DNA of 63,834 bases, filler included, from Octopus bimaculoides (taxonomy: Eukaryota): NCBI RefSeq assembly GCF_001194135.2. It is 6 parts of 6 records of this genome, joined end to end, with 100 filler letters (N's around TTAATTAATTAA, not from the genome) between each part and the next. Parts side by side here need not be neighbours in the genome. Positions count along the whole stretch, not along the records: positions 1 to 16,843 come from NC_068987.1; 5 more parts are not named here. The stretch is one strand, 5' to 3'. Position 1 is the first letter of the stretch. Each line of letters starts with the position of its first letter. This document shows, in pieces, positions 1-11,100 of the stretch. The notes beneath the pieces are model-generated. The model saw nothing but the letters and a program-made list of their open reading frames with translations. It searched no databases and had not been told where the DNA came from. The position numbers and the translations under genes are program-made.

Positions 1-670
1 ATATATATTATGGCTGATTGCCCATATTTTCATTAGTGCGTGAAGTATTAAAAGAAGCGCCGGTAAATCGGTGGAGGATAAGGAGCACAGATGAATGGCT
101 GACGTCAAATCCTGGTTTCAGGTCAGTCACACACACGCACACATACACACACACACGCACACATACACACACACATATTTCCTGTAGCCATGATCTTCTA
201 TTAGAAGATGTATGTTCTCTTTCAAATTAAGTTAGCATTACGCCTCGTCCTTTCTCAGGCATCTATGTGTGTATGTGTGTATGTATGTATGTATGTATGT
301 ATGTATGTGTGAATGAATGAATGAATGAATGAATGAATGAATGAACCTGTGGAAAATGAGGGAGTGTTGCTGTTTATGAGTGTGCTTTATGGGAAGAAAT
401 ACTTGGTTTATTTAGGCCTAGTCAGCCATCAGAGAAACCACAGGAATGAACTCTTTGTAAATTGTGATACGGTTATTGTTCACAACAGAACATGTGCAAC
501 CTTTGGAAAGGTGTGCCTTTCAGTTGGAGGACTTTCCATGCTGGCGTATATANNNNNNNNNNNNNNNNNNNNNNNNNNNNNNNNATATATATATATATAT
601 ATAGTTTACCGTTCCGTTGAGGTGAAATTAACAAAGCAAGTAATCTGTCCGGTGAGAGATATCATTTCAT

Positions 671-835
671 GTACAGAGAATAAAGATACTTTGGGGACAC
701 GAGTCTAGGCTGGGTTTTATAACACGCCCAATGTCTTCGAGCAATCTTCAGGCTGATGGTTGCTAAAGCGTGTTATAAAAACCTTGCCTAGATCCGTGTC
801 TCCAAAGCAAGAAACTCGTATCTTTATACTGTGTA
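671..835. repeat. Head-to-head inverted duplication of a hammerhead-bearing module (centre ~751)
   Basis: Left arm 671-750 is an imperfect reverse complement of 752-835. Right arm (+) reads CTGATGG-TTGCT...AGCAA-GAAA-CTC-GTA (A9>G). Left arm (-) has intact CTGAAGA-TTGCT but lacks the 11 nt carrying GAAA. Confidence 0.75.
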
Positions 836-1094
836 GCTTAACTTATATATGCGAGATGGGGTGTGCTGAAAGTTACTGGCTTTAAGTACTAGAAAATACA
901 GGAGGATCAGTTAATTATGATTTTATTCAACATATTCCCCTTTCAGATTCACACACCTGTTGCAACGGGCCTTCAGTTTTTCTAAGCCCTGTAAAAGAAC
1001 TTGGAAGGTTGGGCCTCCAGCCAGGTCTTTCGCGACATCCTAATAACACATGTCTCCATACTACTACTACTACTACTATTGCTACAACTAAATA

Positions 1095-1225
1095 TTTTAC
1101 TTGTACTTTACTTTATCGTCCCTGGAGGGATGAAAAGCCAAGCCAGCCACGGCGTGTCATCCCAAAAATAAACGACCGGAAGCAAAATACCGCAAAGTGT
1201 TCTAGTCTGACGCAGTGGCCACTCT
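1095..1225 (-). mobile_element. Highly decayed SINE family C copy
   Basis: GTACTTTACTTTATCGTCCCTGGAGGGATGAAAAG resembles the conserved core seen in 5191-5398 and 10227-10440. Confidence 0.4.
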
Positions 1226-1465
1226 GCAGGCGTTCATCCTCCATTCACTGAATCGTAGATTAAAGTCTACGTGAGAAAAAAGAAGAGAAAAAGGCTAATG
1301 AATATCGATTCCATCGAGTTGTCAGATAAATTCGTTCGTTTTTGTTGCTCTTTTCTTTCAATCATTTCCGATGCTGTTTCAATTAACAAATACTTTTGTT
1401 GTGGTTCTGTTCTTCCTCTACGTCTTTTCTTCGTCGTTTTATCTTTTATCTTTTCGTCTTTTATT

Positions 1466-1665
1466 TGTTTCGGTCGTGAGACTGCGCCCATGCTAGGGCA
1501 GTGCCTTGAAGAAGTTTAGTCGAACGAATCGATCCCGGTACTGAATTTTTTTTTTTTTTTTTTNNNNNNNNNNTTTTTTTTTTTTTTTTGTTAAGTTTGA
1601 TACTTAGTCTATCGGTCTTTTGCCGAACCGCTAAGTTACAGGGACGCGTAAACATACCACAGATA
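1466..1665 (-). mobile_element. SINE family A, 3' half
   Basis: Reverse complement of the tail seen at 2860-3007 and 49500-49687 (CCGCTAAGTTACAGGGACG, TCTATCGGTCTTTTGCCGAACC). Confidence 0.75.
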
Positions 1666-2363
1666 TGTTTATACGTATGTATATATATATATAAATACAA
1701 GACATAAGTTTCATAAACTACAAAATATTAATATACACATTTATAACGCTTCATCTCGATTTGAATCACGTGAAGGTATTTAGAATGCCTGAACTTATTT
1801 CCACAAATGTGCTAAGCATTGATGCTGACCATAGTTTAATCAATAAGCGTAGGAGCGAGGTAAATGCAGTAAAAATAAGGTAGAGGGGTCAGTGGGACCC
1901 CATTTAAGCGGCCCTTCAGACATTGGACCTCCTTACGATACTCCATGGGAGTTCATGGTTTGAAATTCATTGTCAAGCAAACTCATGATCAAAGGAATTC
2001 CTACCGTTAACATATAATCGTTTACTCGTTACACATGCACAATGAACACAGAATAACATTCTCCGTTTTTTCTGTTTTCCTAAGACGGCGATACAACGAA
2101 TATCTGGCTACTATTTCTAGCAAGACGAGAGAATACGTAGAGATGCCTCGGTGGCTCATTTTGTGATTGGTGAAGCAGTTAGAACAGGATATAGACAACT
2201 GGGCTGAACTGATTGCACTATAGATTCAGTCTCTAAGCGCAGATACCATCTGGTTCGGGTTTTTCACGAATCAATAAATTATATATCAGCAACATATAAT
2301 GAGGTCACTTTATGAACCGCGTCTAATATTTCTTATGTTCATCATACGTATGTAACTCAATAA

Positions 2364-2730
2364 TAACAGGAGCACTCAGAGGGTGCAAACCTCCGCCAAG
2401 GTAATATCAGCGTCCGCTCAACGATTAGCCGGAGATGATTTTTAAAATGAGAATATCTGAAATAAACTCGACTGCTCTCATTAAACGAGAATACTAAAAA
2501 TGAACCTGACCGCTCTCAAAAATTAAGTGAAAGAACAAAACAGAAAAATAATCCAGAAATAGACGCAGGAGTGGCTGTATGGTAAGTAGCTTGCTTACCA
2601 GCCACATGATTCTGGGTTCAGACTCACTGCGTGACACGTTGGGAAAGTGTCTTCTACTATAGCCTCGGGCCGACCAAAGCCTTGTGAGCGGATTTGGTAG
2701 ACGGAAACTAAAAGAAGCCCGTCGTATATA

Positions 2731-2783
<53 letters not shown>

Positions 2784-3418
2784 NNNNNNNNNNNNNNNNN
2801 NNNNNNNNNNNNNGTGTGTGCGTGTGTGTGTGTGTATGTGTGTGTGTGTGTGTGTGTTTGTCCACCCCCACCATCGCTTGACAACCGATGTTGGTGTGTT
2901 TACGTCCCCGTAACTTAGCGGTACTAGGCTTACAAAAAAATAAGTCCTGGGGTCGATTTGTTCTCCAGCATGGCCGCAGTCAAATGACTGAAACAAGTAA
3001 AAGAGTAATCCTTGTCCGGTACCTGATCAATCCCAATGGTAGTCATGGAATGCGGAGGTGGCTGTAGAAAATTTAGTAACAGTAATAAGTAGTTTATCCT
3101 TATCTAATACGAGCCAAAGTTATCAAATTCATCATTCAAAATAGTTACAGCTTGAAGGGAGATAACTGAGAAAGACCTGAAAGTTAACGTAAGATCGTAA
3201 TCATGTAAGTCAAGTAAATATAACAAATGATCCAGAATCCTTGTCCGGTACCGGATCGATCCCAAAATCCAATTAGTTCATGTCTGTCACGAGGCCAAAC
3301 ATCCCTGAAAGTTTCATCCGAATCCATCCAGCGGTTCTTAATATATCTTGTTCACAGACAAACAAACAAACAAACACGACTGAAAACAATACCTCCGCCT
3401 TTGCTAAGGCGGACGTAA
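2364..3418 (+). mobile_element. Non-autonomous Helentron/HINE-like element interrupted by a SINE
   Basis: 5' subterminal CCTCCGCC (2390-2397). 3' terminal hairpin CCTCCGCC-tttgctaa-GGCGGACG (3392-3415) preceded by (CAAA)n. This subterminal-IR plus 3' hairpin layout is typical of HINE/DINE-1-like elements; the family assignment is inferred. Confidence 0.5.
2561..3007 (+). mobile_element. SINE family A, full length (tRNA-like head + internal (TG)n + tail)
   Basis: A-box-like TGGCTGTATGGTAAG and B-box-like GGTTCAGACTC. Tail CCAGCATGGCCGCAGTCAAATGACTGAAACAAGTAAAAGAGTA. Same structure at 32420 and 49266. Confidence 0.85.
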
Positions 3419-3431
3419 TAATAATAATACT

Positions 3432-3532
3432 GTTTTCTACTGTAAGCACAAGGCCTGGAATTTTGGGGGAGCGTACTAGTCGATTACATCGACTCCAGTG
3501 TTTCACTGGTACTTAATTTATCGATCCCAAAA
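3432..3532 (-). mobile_element. SINE family C, 3' half
   Basis: GTCGATTACATCGACTCCAGTGTTTCACTGGTACTTAATTTATCGATCCC matches the other family C copies. Confidence 0.7.
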
Positions 3533-3719
3533 ATACTAGAAGAATGCTGTAATTTACAATGTGACATTTATGACTAGACCTGTACAAGTTCCGTTTCCTT
3601 CAATAACCGGAAGTGGGTCGGAGAAAATCTTTAATGAACACCGCTCGAATGAACATTTCTTTTGGTCAATTGTTATATCAGCTGAAAATTTTGTTACAAA
3701 ATCTTGCCAAGTTTTAGCA

Positions 3720-4513
3720 TGGTAGGTATTGTATGTACGTACGTACGTGTGTATGTATATATGTATGCATGTATGTATGTATTTGTGTATGTATGTATGT
3801 ATGTATGTATGCATGCATCTATGTATGTATATATGAACGTATGTGTATATGTATGTATGCATGCATGCATCTATGTATGTATATATGAACGTATGTGTGT
3901 ATGTATGTATGTATGTATGTATGTATGTATGCATGTATGTATGTTTTCTGTGAGTTTTATTTTAGCTCTTCTTAAGAGAATCCAAGCCGGTCGCTGACAT
4001 AGCGGTAAAACTTTTTGAGTTAGGAGAGTTCGCTGTGCTTGTAAATCTGTGGTTGAGTTGGTGTGTCGGTTGAACTGTCGATGCATACACCCAAATAGGT
4101 GCACCTGCTCGTCTTAAGAATCTCAGACGATGAATATTTGGAATGTCTAACAAATCTTCACTGTGCCGCTTGTTGATGGAATTTGGAGAATGCTCGTCAG
4201 TTTCTTCGGCTCTTTACTTCGAAAACCTTTGTATGTATGTATGTATGTATGTATGTATGTATGTATGTGTGTGTGCATGTATGTATGTATGCATGTATGT
4301 ATGTATGTATGTGTGTGTGCATGTATGTGCTTATATGTGTGTATATGTATATAGGTAAGTATGCATGAATGTATGTTTGCATGCATGCATGTAGATAAGT
4401 ATATATGTTTGTATGTATGAATGAATGTTTGTATGCAAATATGTATATATGTATGTATGTTTGTATGTGTGTGTGCACGTATGTATCTATGTATTTATGT
4501 GTGTATGTATGTG

Positions 4514-4551
<38 letters not shown>

Positions 4552-4585
4552 ACATATATATATATATAAATATATATATATATAT
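3720..4585. repeat. Compound (TATG)n/(TA)n microsatellite blocks (3720-3945, 4231-4585); representative of dozens in the window
   Basis: Directly visible. Others include (TATC)n 12436-12541, (TATG)n 16950-17135, (ATAG)n 18146-18205 and (GAAG)n 30051-30105. Confidence 0.95.
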
Positions 4586-5190
4586 NNNNNNNNNNNNNNN
4601 NNNNNNNNNNNNNNNNNNNNNNNNNNNNNNNNNNNNNNNNNNNNNNNNNNNNNNNNNNNNNNNNNNNNNNNNNNNNNNNNNNNNNNNNNNNNNNNNNNNN
4701 NNNNNNNNNNNNNNNNNNNNNNNNNNNNNNNNNNNNNNNNNNNNNNNNNNNNNNNNNNNNNNNNNNNNNNNNNNNNNNNNNNNNNNNNNNNNNNNNNNNN
4801 NNNNNNNNNNNNNNNNNNNNNNNNNNNNNNNNNNNNNNNNNNNNNNNNNNNNNNNNNNNNNNNNNNNNNNNNNNNNNNNNNNNNNNNNNNNNNNNNNNNN
4901 NNNNNNNNNNNNNNNNNNNNNNNNNNNNNNNNNNNNNNNNNNNNNNNNNNNNNNNNNNNNNNNNNNNNNNNNNNNNNNNNNNNNNNNNNNNNNNNNNNNN
5001 NNNNNNNNNNNNNNNNNNNNNNNNNNNNNNNNNNNNNNNNNNNNNNNNNNNNNNNNNNNNNNNNNNNNNNNNNNNNNNNNNNNNNNNNNNNNNNNNNNNN
5101 NNNNNNNNNNNNNNNNNNNNNNNNNNNNNNNNNNNNNNNNNNNNNNNNNNNNNNNNNNNNNNNNNNNNNNNNNNNNNNNNNNNNNNNNNN

Positions 5191-5398
5191 TTTCTACTCT
5201 AGGCAAAAGGCCCAAAATTTTGGGAAATGGGAGGGGGCCAGTCGATTAGGTCGACCCCAGTACGCAACTGGTACTTAATTTACCGACCCCGAAAGGCAAA
5301 GTCGACCTCGGCGGAATTTGAACTCAGAACATAAAGACAGACGAAATACCGCTAAGCATTTCGTCCGGCGTGTTAACGTTTCTGCCTCCTCACTGCCT
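5191..5398 (-). mobile_element. SINE family C (tRNA-like head, Meta/MESC-like core)
   Basis: Minus strand: GGCAGAAACGTTAACACGCCGGACGAAATGCTTAGC...GAGTTCAAATTCCGCCGAGGTCGACTTTGCCTTTC...GTACCAG. Resemblance of the core to MetaSINE is from recall. Confidence 0.8.
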
Positions 5399-5747
5399 TA
5401 AAGGAAAACCGAACCTAAAGTATCAATAGGTAAAAAGTGTTATCGCAAATCCTGTTCAGATCTAAGATCTCTAACTCCAGGTCATGAATTTTCGGTGGTT
5501 GCATGCATATGTATAAATATATTCTGAAGAATTGGAAAATTCCGCCTATATGACTGACGTGATATCTTTCCAGCCTTACTATTTAAGACCTAAGGAGGAT
5601 AGCACTTTTCACCTTTTGACACTTCAGTTTCTTTTTACGTTTTTCGTTTTCCGCTGTTTACTGTCTGCGTTTTTATATGCTGCCTCCTCAGCTTCATCGC
5701 GTTTCTGCTATTTATTCATTTTTTTAGTTCGTTATGATATGTGGTTT

Positions 5748-5800
5748 GCGCCTGAAGAATATGTTTTAGCTTTCTCAACATATGAAACTATTAGTAGCGC
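5748..5800 (+). ncRNA. Type I hammerhead ribozyme motif, canonical core
   Basis: Helix I GCGC/GCGC; core CTGAAGA (5752-5758); helix II ATATGTT/AACATAT; GAAA; helix III ACTA-T-TAGT; GUA triplet, cleavage predicted after 5796. Confidence 0.85.
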
Positions 5801-6123
5801 TTTAATACATGTATTGTGACCTTTAAATAATAATATTTATCACCCACCAGATGGAGTACTCTTTTTTTTTGTTGAATTTTCTATCACGGATCAGTATACA
5901 ATATATATATATATATATATATGCATACATACATGCACAAATACATTCCCACATACGCACANNNNNNNNNNNNNNNNNNNNNNNNNNNNNNNNNNNNNNN
6001 NNNNNNNNNNNNNNNNNNNNNNNNNNNNNNNNNNNNNNNNNNNNNNNNNNNNNNNNNNNNNNNNNNNNNNNNNNNNNNNNNNNNNNNNNNNNNNNNNNNN
6101 NNNNNNNNNNNNNNNNNNNNNNN

Positions 6124-6188
<65 letters not shown>

Positions 6189-6680
6189 CGTGTGCGCGTG
6201 GGTGTGCATGTGTGTGTGAATTTGTCTTCTTTTCACTTCCTGCCAGGTGGCACATAAAGCTTACAGTCTTTCTTTCTTTCTTTCTTTCTTTCTTTTTCTC
6301 TGTCTCTCCTCTTTCCCCCTCTCTCCAAGCTGCTCAGTCTAAGTCTGTGCCTTGCACCTGTTTCCATATCCTCCGTTTATTAACCTGCCTCCTTTTATCA
6401 GTAGTTCTCCTCCTCCTCCCTCTCTTCCTTCTGTTTCCAAGTTCTGAACCGCTGTCTCTCCAAAATCTTGGGAATTCTTCTGAATGCTTGAAGTTTCTAT
6501 AATCAGATTTTTTTTTCCAGGATTAATTGATTAACCTAATACCTAACCTTCAAAACCTGAAGTAAAGTTGGTTTTCCGTCAGGTTTTCCTTCACTTAAAC
6601 GATAGCAGTACTGCCCACGCTCACGACCTCCATCTGCTCGGCATTTGAAAGCGGTGTTCCATTCTATTTGGGGCTTTAAT

Positions 6681-6830
6681 GGGTTCCCAGTTCAACCAAC
6701 CAAGTCGACTTTGCTTATCATCCTTTCGAAGTCGATAAAATAAATGCCAGTTGAACCCAGGGGCCGACGTAATCGCCTCATCTCCACCTCCCCTAAGCTG
6801 CCCTTGTGGCAAAAATTTGAAAAAAATTAT
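6681..6830 (+). mobile_element. SINE family C core and tail
   Basis: AAGTCGACTTTGCTTATCATCCTTTCGAAGTCGATAAAATAAATGCCAG, ending in a TTATTATT tail. Confidence 0.65.
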
Positions 6831-7277
6831 TATTCGTCAGCCAAATTTTTCACACATACTATGAATTAGCCCTTCAACCCAGAGGTTTTAGGAAAAAATA
6901 CTCAAGCACACTTCAGCAGAGTGGATTCGACCTTCGAAACTCACATGTTAAAAACATATCTAATCATTTTAAAGGGGGAAATACAGCTGAAATCAAACGC
7001 AGTTACCAGCAAACCAGCACAAGCCGAAAGAAGTATAATTCCATATATTAAATATTTAGTTTTCTCGAAGTGTTTAGTTTAGTAACAGTAGTCAAATTTA
7101 CATTAATATGCAAATTTGCTTAACAACTTGTCGGTTAAATGCAGTATTCCGTATATCTAGAAGCTGTTATCTTCTCCTTCTCGGCGGATTAGAGCGGTTA
7201 AGCGGAAATTGCTGCAGGATAACGATTGCAAACCCCGCATTTTCTTAATATATGCTAGTTTGCTATACTGGGGGGCA

Positions 7278-7324
7278 TATCCTGAATATCACTGACAATT
7301 TTGTGTATGTTTGAAACGTAGATA
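7278..7324 (+). ncRNA. Degenerate hammerhead motif (G8>U)
   Basis: Helix I TATC/GATA; CTGAATA; decayed helix II; GAAACGTA (palindrome ACGT, GUA triplet). Confidence 0.45.
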
Positions 7325-7697
7325 AATATATATTTATTATAATGAATTTCTCTCTTCCCACTTCCCTCTCTATCCCTCTCTCTTTTTCGCCCACTTCATA
7401 TATATACATATGTAAAAAAAAATAGTGAGAGATTATCAATCCGAGCAAAATACTTCATGAGCTCTCTGTTGGCCCACCAGGCTAACAGTATTACTTAGGT
7501 TAGTGAAGACCTCCAAGTAATCTTATGGTAAGGTCCAAGGTTATGGTTCATCACAATTCTATATTGTAAATCCGTGGATGGGCTTCGGATAAACTGCTTT
7601 TTAGAGTGATATGTAAAATGAAAAAAAAATGGCATCGTAGGAGCGATGTGTACCCTGCACGCACATAACTATTTTTTGAAAATTAGTTTAGCTTGCA

Positions 7698-7850
7698 AAC
7701 AGCTAAAGTCCAAATCATTATTAGGGATAAATTTCGAAAGGAATGAAAAATAAAAACATTTACCAACATTTAACAGATAGATGGTTAAATGTTTTTATTT
7801 TTCATACCCTTCGAAATGTATCTCCAATAGTGGTTTGGACTTTAGCTGTT
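7698..7850. repeat. Fold-back / MITE-like inverted repeat, 65-bp arms
   Basis: 7698-7762 versus the reverse complement of 7786-7850: 7 mismatches, 23-nt spacer. Confidence 0.85.
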
Positions 7851-8016
7851 CTTTCTAGCGTGCAAGGAATCCTATGACGGATAGCTCTTATGTGTTTAAA
7901 TGTACACTGTATATATAAGTCAAAATGTTTTTTTTTGTATTCTTCCTTTGTACTTGGAGAGTTTAAATGTAGTTATAAAAATATGCAATGTAATTTCATT
8001 AAATTTCTATATCTTT

Positions 8017-8101
8017 GTGCAGCTGAGGATTGCTCTGCATTTTATATTTGATGTAATGTTCACACTGCTTAATGGAGTCGCATTAAACGATCGTACTGCA
8101 T
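8017..8101 (+). ncRNA. Hammerhead motif with long helix II, probably inactive (G12>U)
   Basis: TGCAG/CTGCA helix I; CTGAGGA; TAAA instead of GAAA; palindrome ACGATCGT; GUA. Homologous to 63434-63523. Confidence 0.7.
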
Positions 8102-8440
8102 TAACTTTGAATATCCCTGTTGCTTATTTTGACTTTGTATATATATTTATATATATATATATACAGTATGTATATACATACATACATACATAAATACATA
8201 TATATATATATATATGTCATACTAATATATACTTTTGTTATTNNNNNNNNNNNNNNNNNNNNNNNNNNNNNNNNNNNNNNNNNNNNNNNNNNNNNNNNNN
8301 NNNNNNNNNNNNNNNNNNNNNNNNNNNNNNNNNNNNNNNNNNNNNNNNNNNNNNNNNNNNNNNNNNNNNNNNNNNNNNNNNNNNNNNNNNNNTTATATAT
8401 ATATATATATATGTACGTATATATACACACATGAATTGTA

Positions 8441-8530
8441 TTGTTAGTGATTTCGAAGTTTCGACAGCTAACTCATCAATGGACAGTCCGATGATGGTTT
8501 GGTTGACCGAAGCTTCGAAGTCACTATCAA
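8441..8530. ncRNA. Divergent (head-to-head) pair of hammerhead motifs
   Basis: Plus strand: CCGATGA(8488)-TGGT..ACC-GAAG-CTTCGAAG-TC-ACTATC. Minus strand: TTGATGA(8479)-G..C-GAAA-CTTCGAAA-TC. The region is an imperfect palindrome centred ~8483. Confidence 0.7.
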
Positions 8531-8996
8531 TATGATTCTTGTTAATGAATGATAAATCTACCAAATGTATTGAATAATCCTTTAGCTTATTATAAAGTTG
8601 TTTTTATTATAACATAAAGACAAACATTAATAGATATATATTTATATCATTGCATACATAAATATATATAGAAAGAGAAGGGTGCAGATACACGTATGTA
8701 TGAGCAGATGTGTGATATGCTAAGCTTTAACATTTATAGCACTCAGATTCAGTACAGGTATGTCCTTAGAAACAGATATGGGGTAGGTATTTATAGAACC
8801 TATTCGCTCGTGACAGCAACAAACTTGAACCAAGACAAGAAAAACACAGAAATATAAATGACATGGCAAGTAAGGCGATGAATGTAGGTTATGAAAGAAG
8901 AGATATCTGTTGGTTAGTAGAAACAATTATTATTATACACACGCGCGCGCAAACACATACACACAGACACACACTCTCTCTCTCTCTCTATTTCTC

Positions 8997-9033
<37 letters not shown>

Positions 9034-9064
9034 GTTTTGCTCTGTGTCGTCCCTAATGTTTTTT

Positions 9065-9990
9065 CTTAGAGACCATGTCATATGCTTTCCTGTAGTTCAC
9101 CCACGCCATCGCCAAATTTTTGTGTCTATTCTTGCAATAAGCCAGGATAGTTTTATCGGTTAGTAATTGATCCTTCGTTCCTCTGCTCTTACGTCTACAC
9201 CCTTTTTGTTCCACTAGTAGCAGGTCGTTGTCTTCTAGGTACTTATAAATTCTGTTTGTTATGATGCCCGTCATCAGTTTCCACATCAGTGGCAAACAAG
9301 ATATTGGTCGGAAGTTTCCAACTGCATTCCTTTTACTTGGGTCCTTCTGGCATAGTACCGCTCTTCCTTTTGTCATCCAGGCCGGTACTTGGATGTCACT
9401 ACTCAGTATTTCGTCCATCTATCTCGCAGTTCTCCTCTACAGGGCTGTCAAGTTTTTAAGCCAAAAGCCCTGAACCCCATCTGGGCCAGGTTCTTTCCAT
9501 TTAGGAATTTTCCTGCACTGATCTCTAATCATCTCCTAGGTTATTCTTAAATCCTCCTGCTGATACTCTCCACTCTCCTCTTTGAGTGTCTTTAACCTGT
9601 CTGCTTCAGTTTTGTGTTGTTTCTCCTCAGACCATATGTCTGACCAGAATCTCTTACTTTCTTGAGCATCCGGCACGGCTTCTTCACCTTTTTCTTTCCC
9701 ATCCAGTTCCTGATACACTCGTTTCTGATTTTGTTCGAAAAGTCTACTTAATCTGTACAGCTCGATTCTCTGTTCATATCTCTTTAGTTTATGTTCTTTA
9801 GCTTTCAACCTCTGTTTTAATTCCTCAATCACAACATTGATCCCCTTTCTCTTCACCCTATACCTCCTCTCTACCTCAACATATTTCTTCCGCTGAGCTT
9901 CATTTCTCTTTTACCGTTCCAGAATATTAATATGTTTTCTGGTCTCTGTAACAGATTGCGTAATTCTCCTTTTCCACCATGGTGAGATGC
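9065..9990 (-). mobile_element. R4/Dong-type non-LTR retrotransposon fragment (pre-RT plus RT N-terminal domains), decayed
   Basis: [47 protein letters not shown] and [11 protein letters not shown] motifs, with stops and frameshifts. Confidence 0.85.
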
Positions 9991-10226
9991 ACCCCACCCA
10001 CCAAAATTTTAATAATAAACGAACATAAACTCGGCAGGTTTAGTATTATTACTTAGTACCATTTTGGGGCCGTAGTACATTTATAGGAATGTAGAGGGTG
10101 CCGGAGTACATTTGTCTTACGACAGCTGCCTGCAGAACCCCGGTCCGAATTTTTCCATTGGAACAAACTTCCCTGAAAGGCACCACGTAATGGGCCAATT
10201 GCACTCTCATCTGATGATGATCTATA

Positions 10227-10440
10227 AATATTGGTTTTATATTTTGGCACACGACGAACAATTTCGGAGGAGGGGCTAAGTCGATTGGACCGACCTCAAC
10301 GCCCAAATGGTACTTATATCCTGAAAGATGAAAGGCAAAGTCACCTTCGGTGGAATTTTGAACTCAATGCAAAGACGGACGAAATGCCGCTAAGCATCCC
10401 CCACCCCCAGGCGTGCTAGCGATTCCGTCAGCTTGCCGCC
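10227..10440 (-). mobile_element. SINE family C, near full length
   Basis: Head GGCGGCAAGCTGACGGAATCGCTAGCACGCC and core ACTTTGCCTTTCATCTTTCAG on the minus strand. Confidence 0.8.
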
Positions 10441-10829
10441 CTATGTTCTATAGATATTAATTATTTAATATAAGCGTAAGTCATTTCAAATTCATTATAA
10501 AAATGCTAATTTAATGGCTAGACTCCAATATATATACAGTATAATCGCTACTGGTATAAATGATTACGAATTTAATATTACAAAAGAACTATATCCGACA
10601 CCTACCAAGTCCAATTTATTTACATACATATATACATGCACACGCACAACACATTACGTATATATATATATATAATTTTTAAACAAGAATATTGTTGATA
10701 GTTGTCAATAATATACTTGTTTATGAATAATAAATTTGAATTCTATAAAGAATAGTGGAACCCGTCACATTAATGTAAACTTGGTTTTATTATGACTGAA
10801 CATAAAAACAAACGTTAACTTATATATGT

Positions 10830-11100
10830 GGAGGCGCAATGGCCCGGTGTTTAGGGCAGCGGACTCGCGGTCATAGGATCGCGGTTTCGATTCCCAGACA
10901 GGGCGTTGTGAGTGTTTATTGAGCGAAAACACCTAAAGCTCCACGACGCTCCGGCAGGGGATGGTGGCGAACCCTGCAGTACTCTTTCACCACAACTTTC
11001 TCTCACTCCTTCTTCCTGTTTCTGTTGTACCTGTAATTCAAAGGGCCAGCCTTGTCACACTGTGTCACGCTGAATATTCCCGAGAACTACGTTAAGGGAA
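10830..11100 (+). mobile_element. SINE family B (tRNA-like head), 3' end lost in gap
   Basis: GGAGGCGCAATGGCCCGGTGTTTAGG...GGTTTCGATTCCC; near-identical to 62370-62751 and 12773-12943. Confidence 0.85.

Noticed and set aside
100-107. Perfect CRE palindrome TGACGTCA (also 58573-58580)
   Set aside because: An 8-mer expected about once per window by chance, with no promoter evidence.
4180-4202. Other isolated core heptamers (4195, 10212, 37489, 48249, 49750, 53621, 59830, 62861)
   Set aside because: They lack GAAA, the cleavage triplet or the helices.
5524-5545. CTGAAGA...GAAA as a hammerhead
   Set aside because: No helix I or helix II complementarity.
6310-6510. Arg-rich minus-strand frame (GNRRKRGRRRRTTDKRR)
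   Set aside because: It arises from a purine-rich low-complexity tract and has no start codon or good splice sites.
10830-10905. tRNA-like sequences with A/B boxes (also 2561, 12773, 49266, 62370)
   Set aside because: They continue into shared SINE bodies, so they are not tRNA genes.
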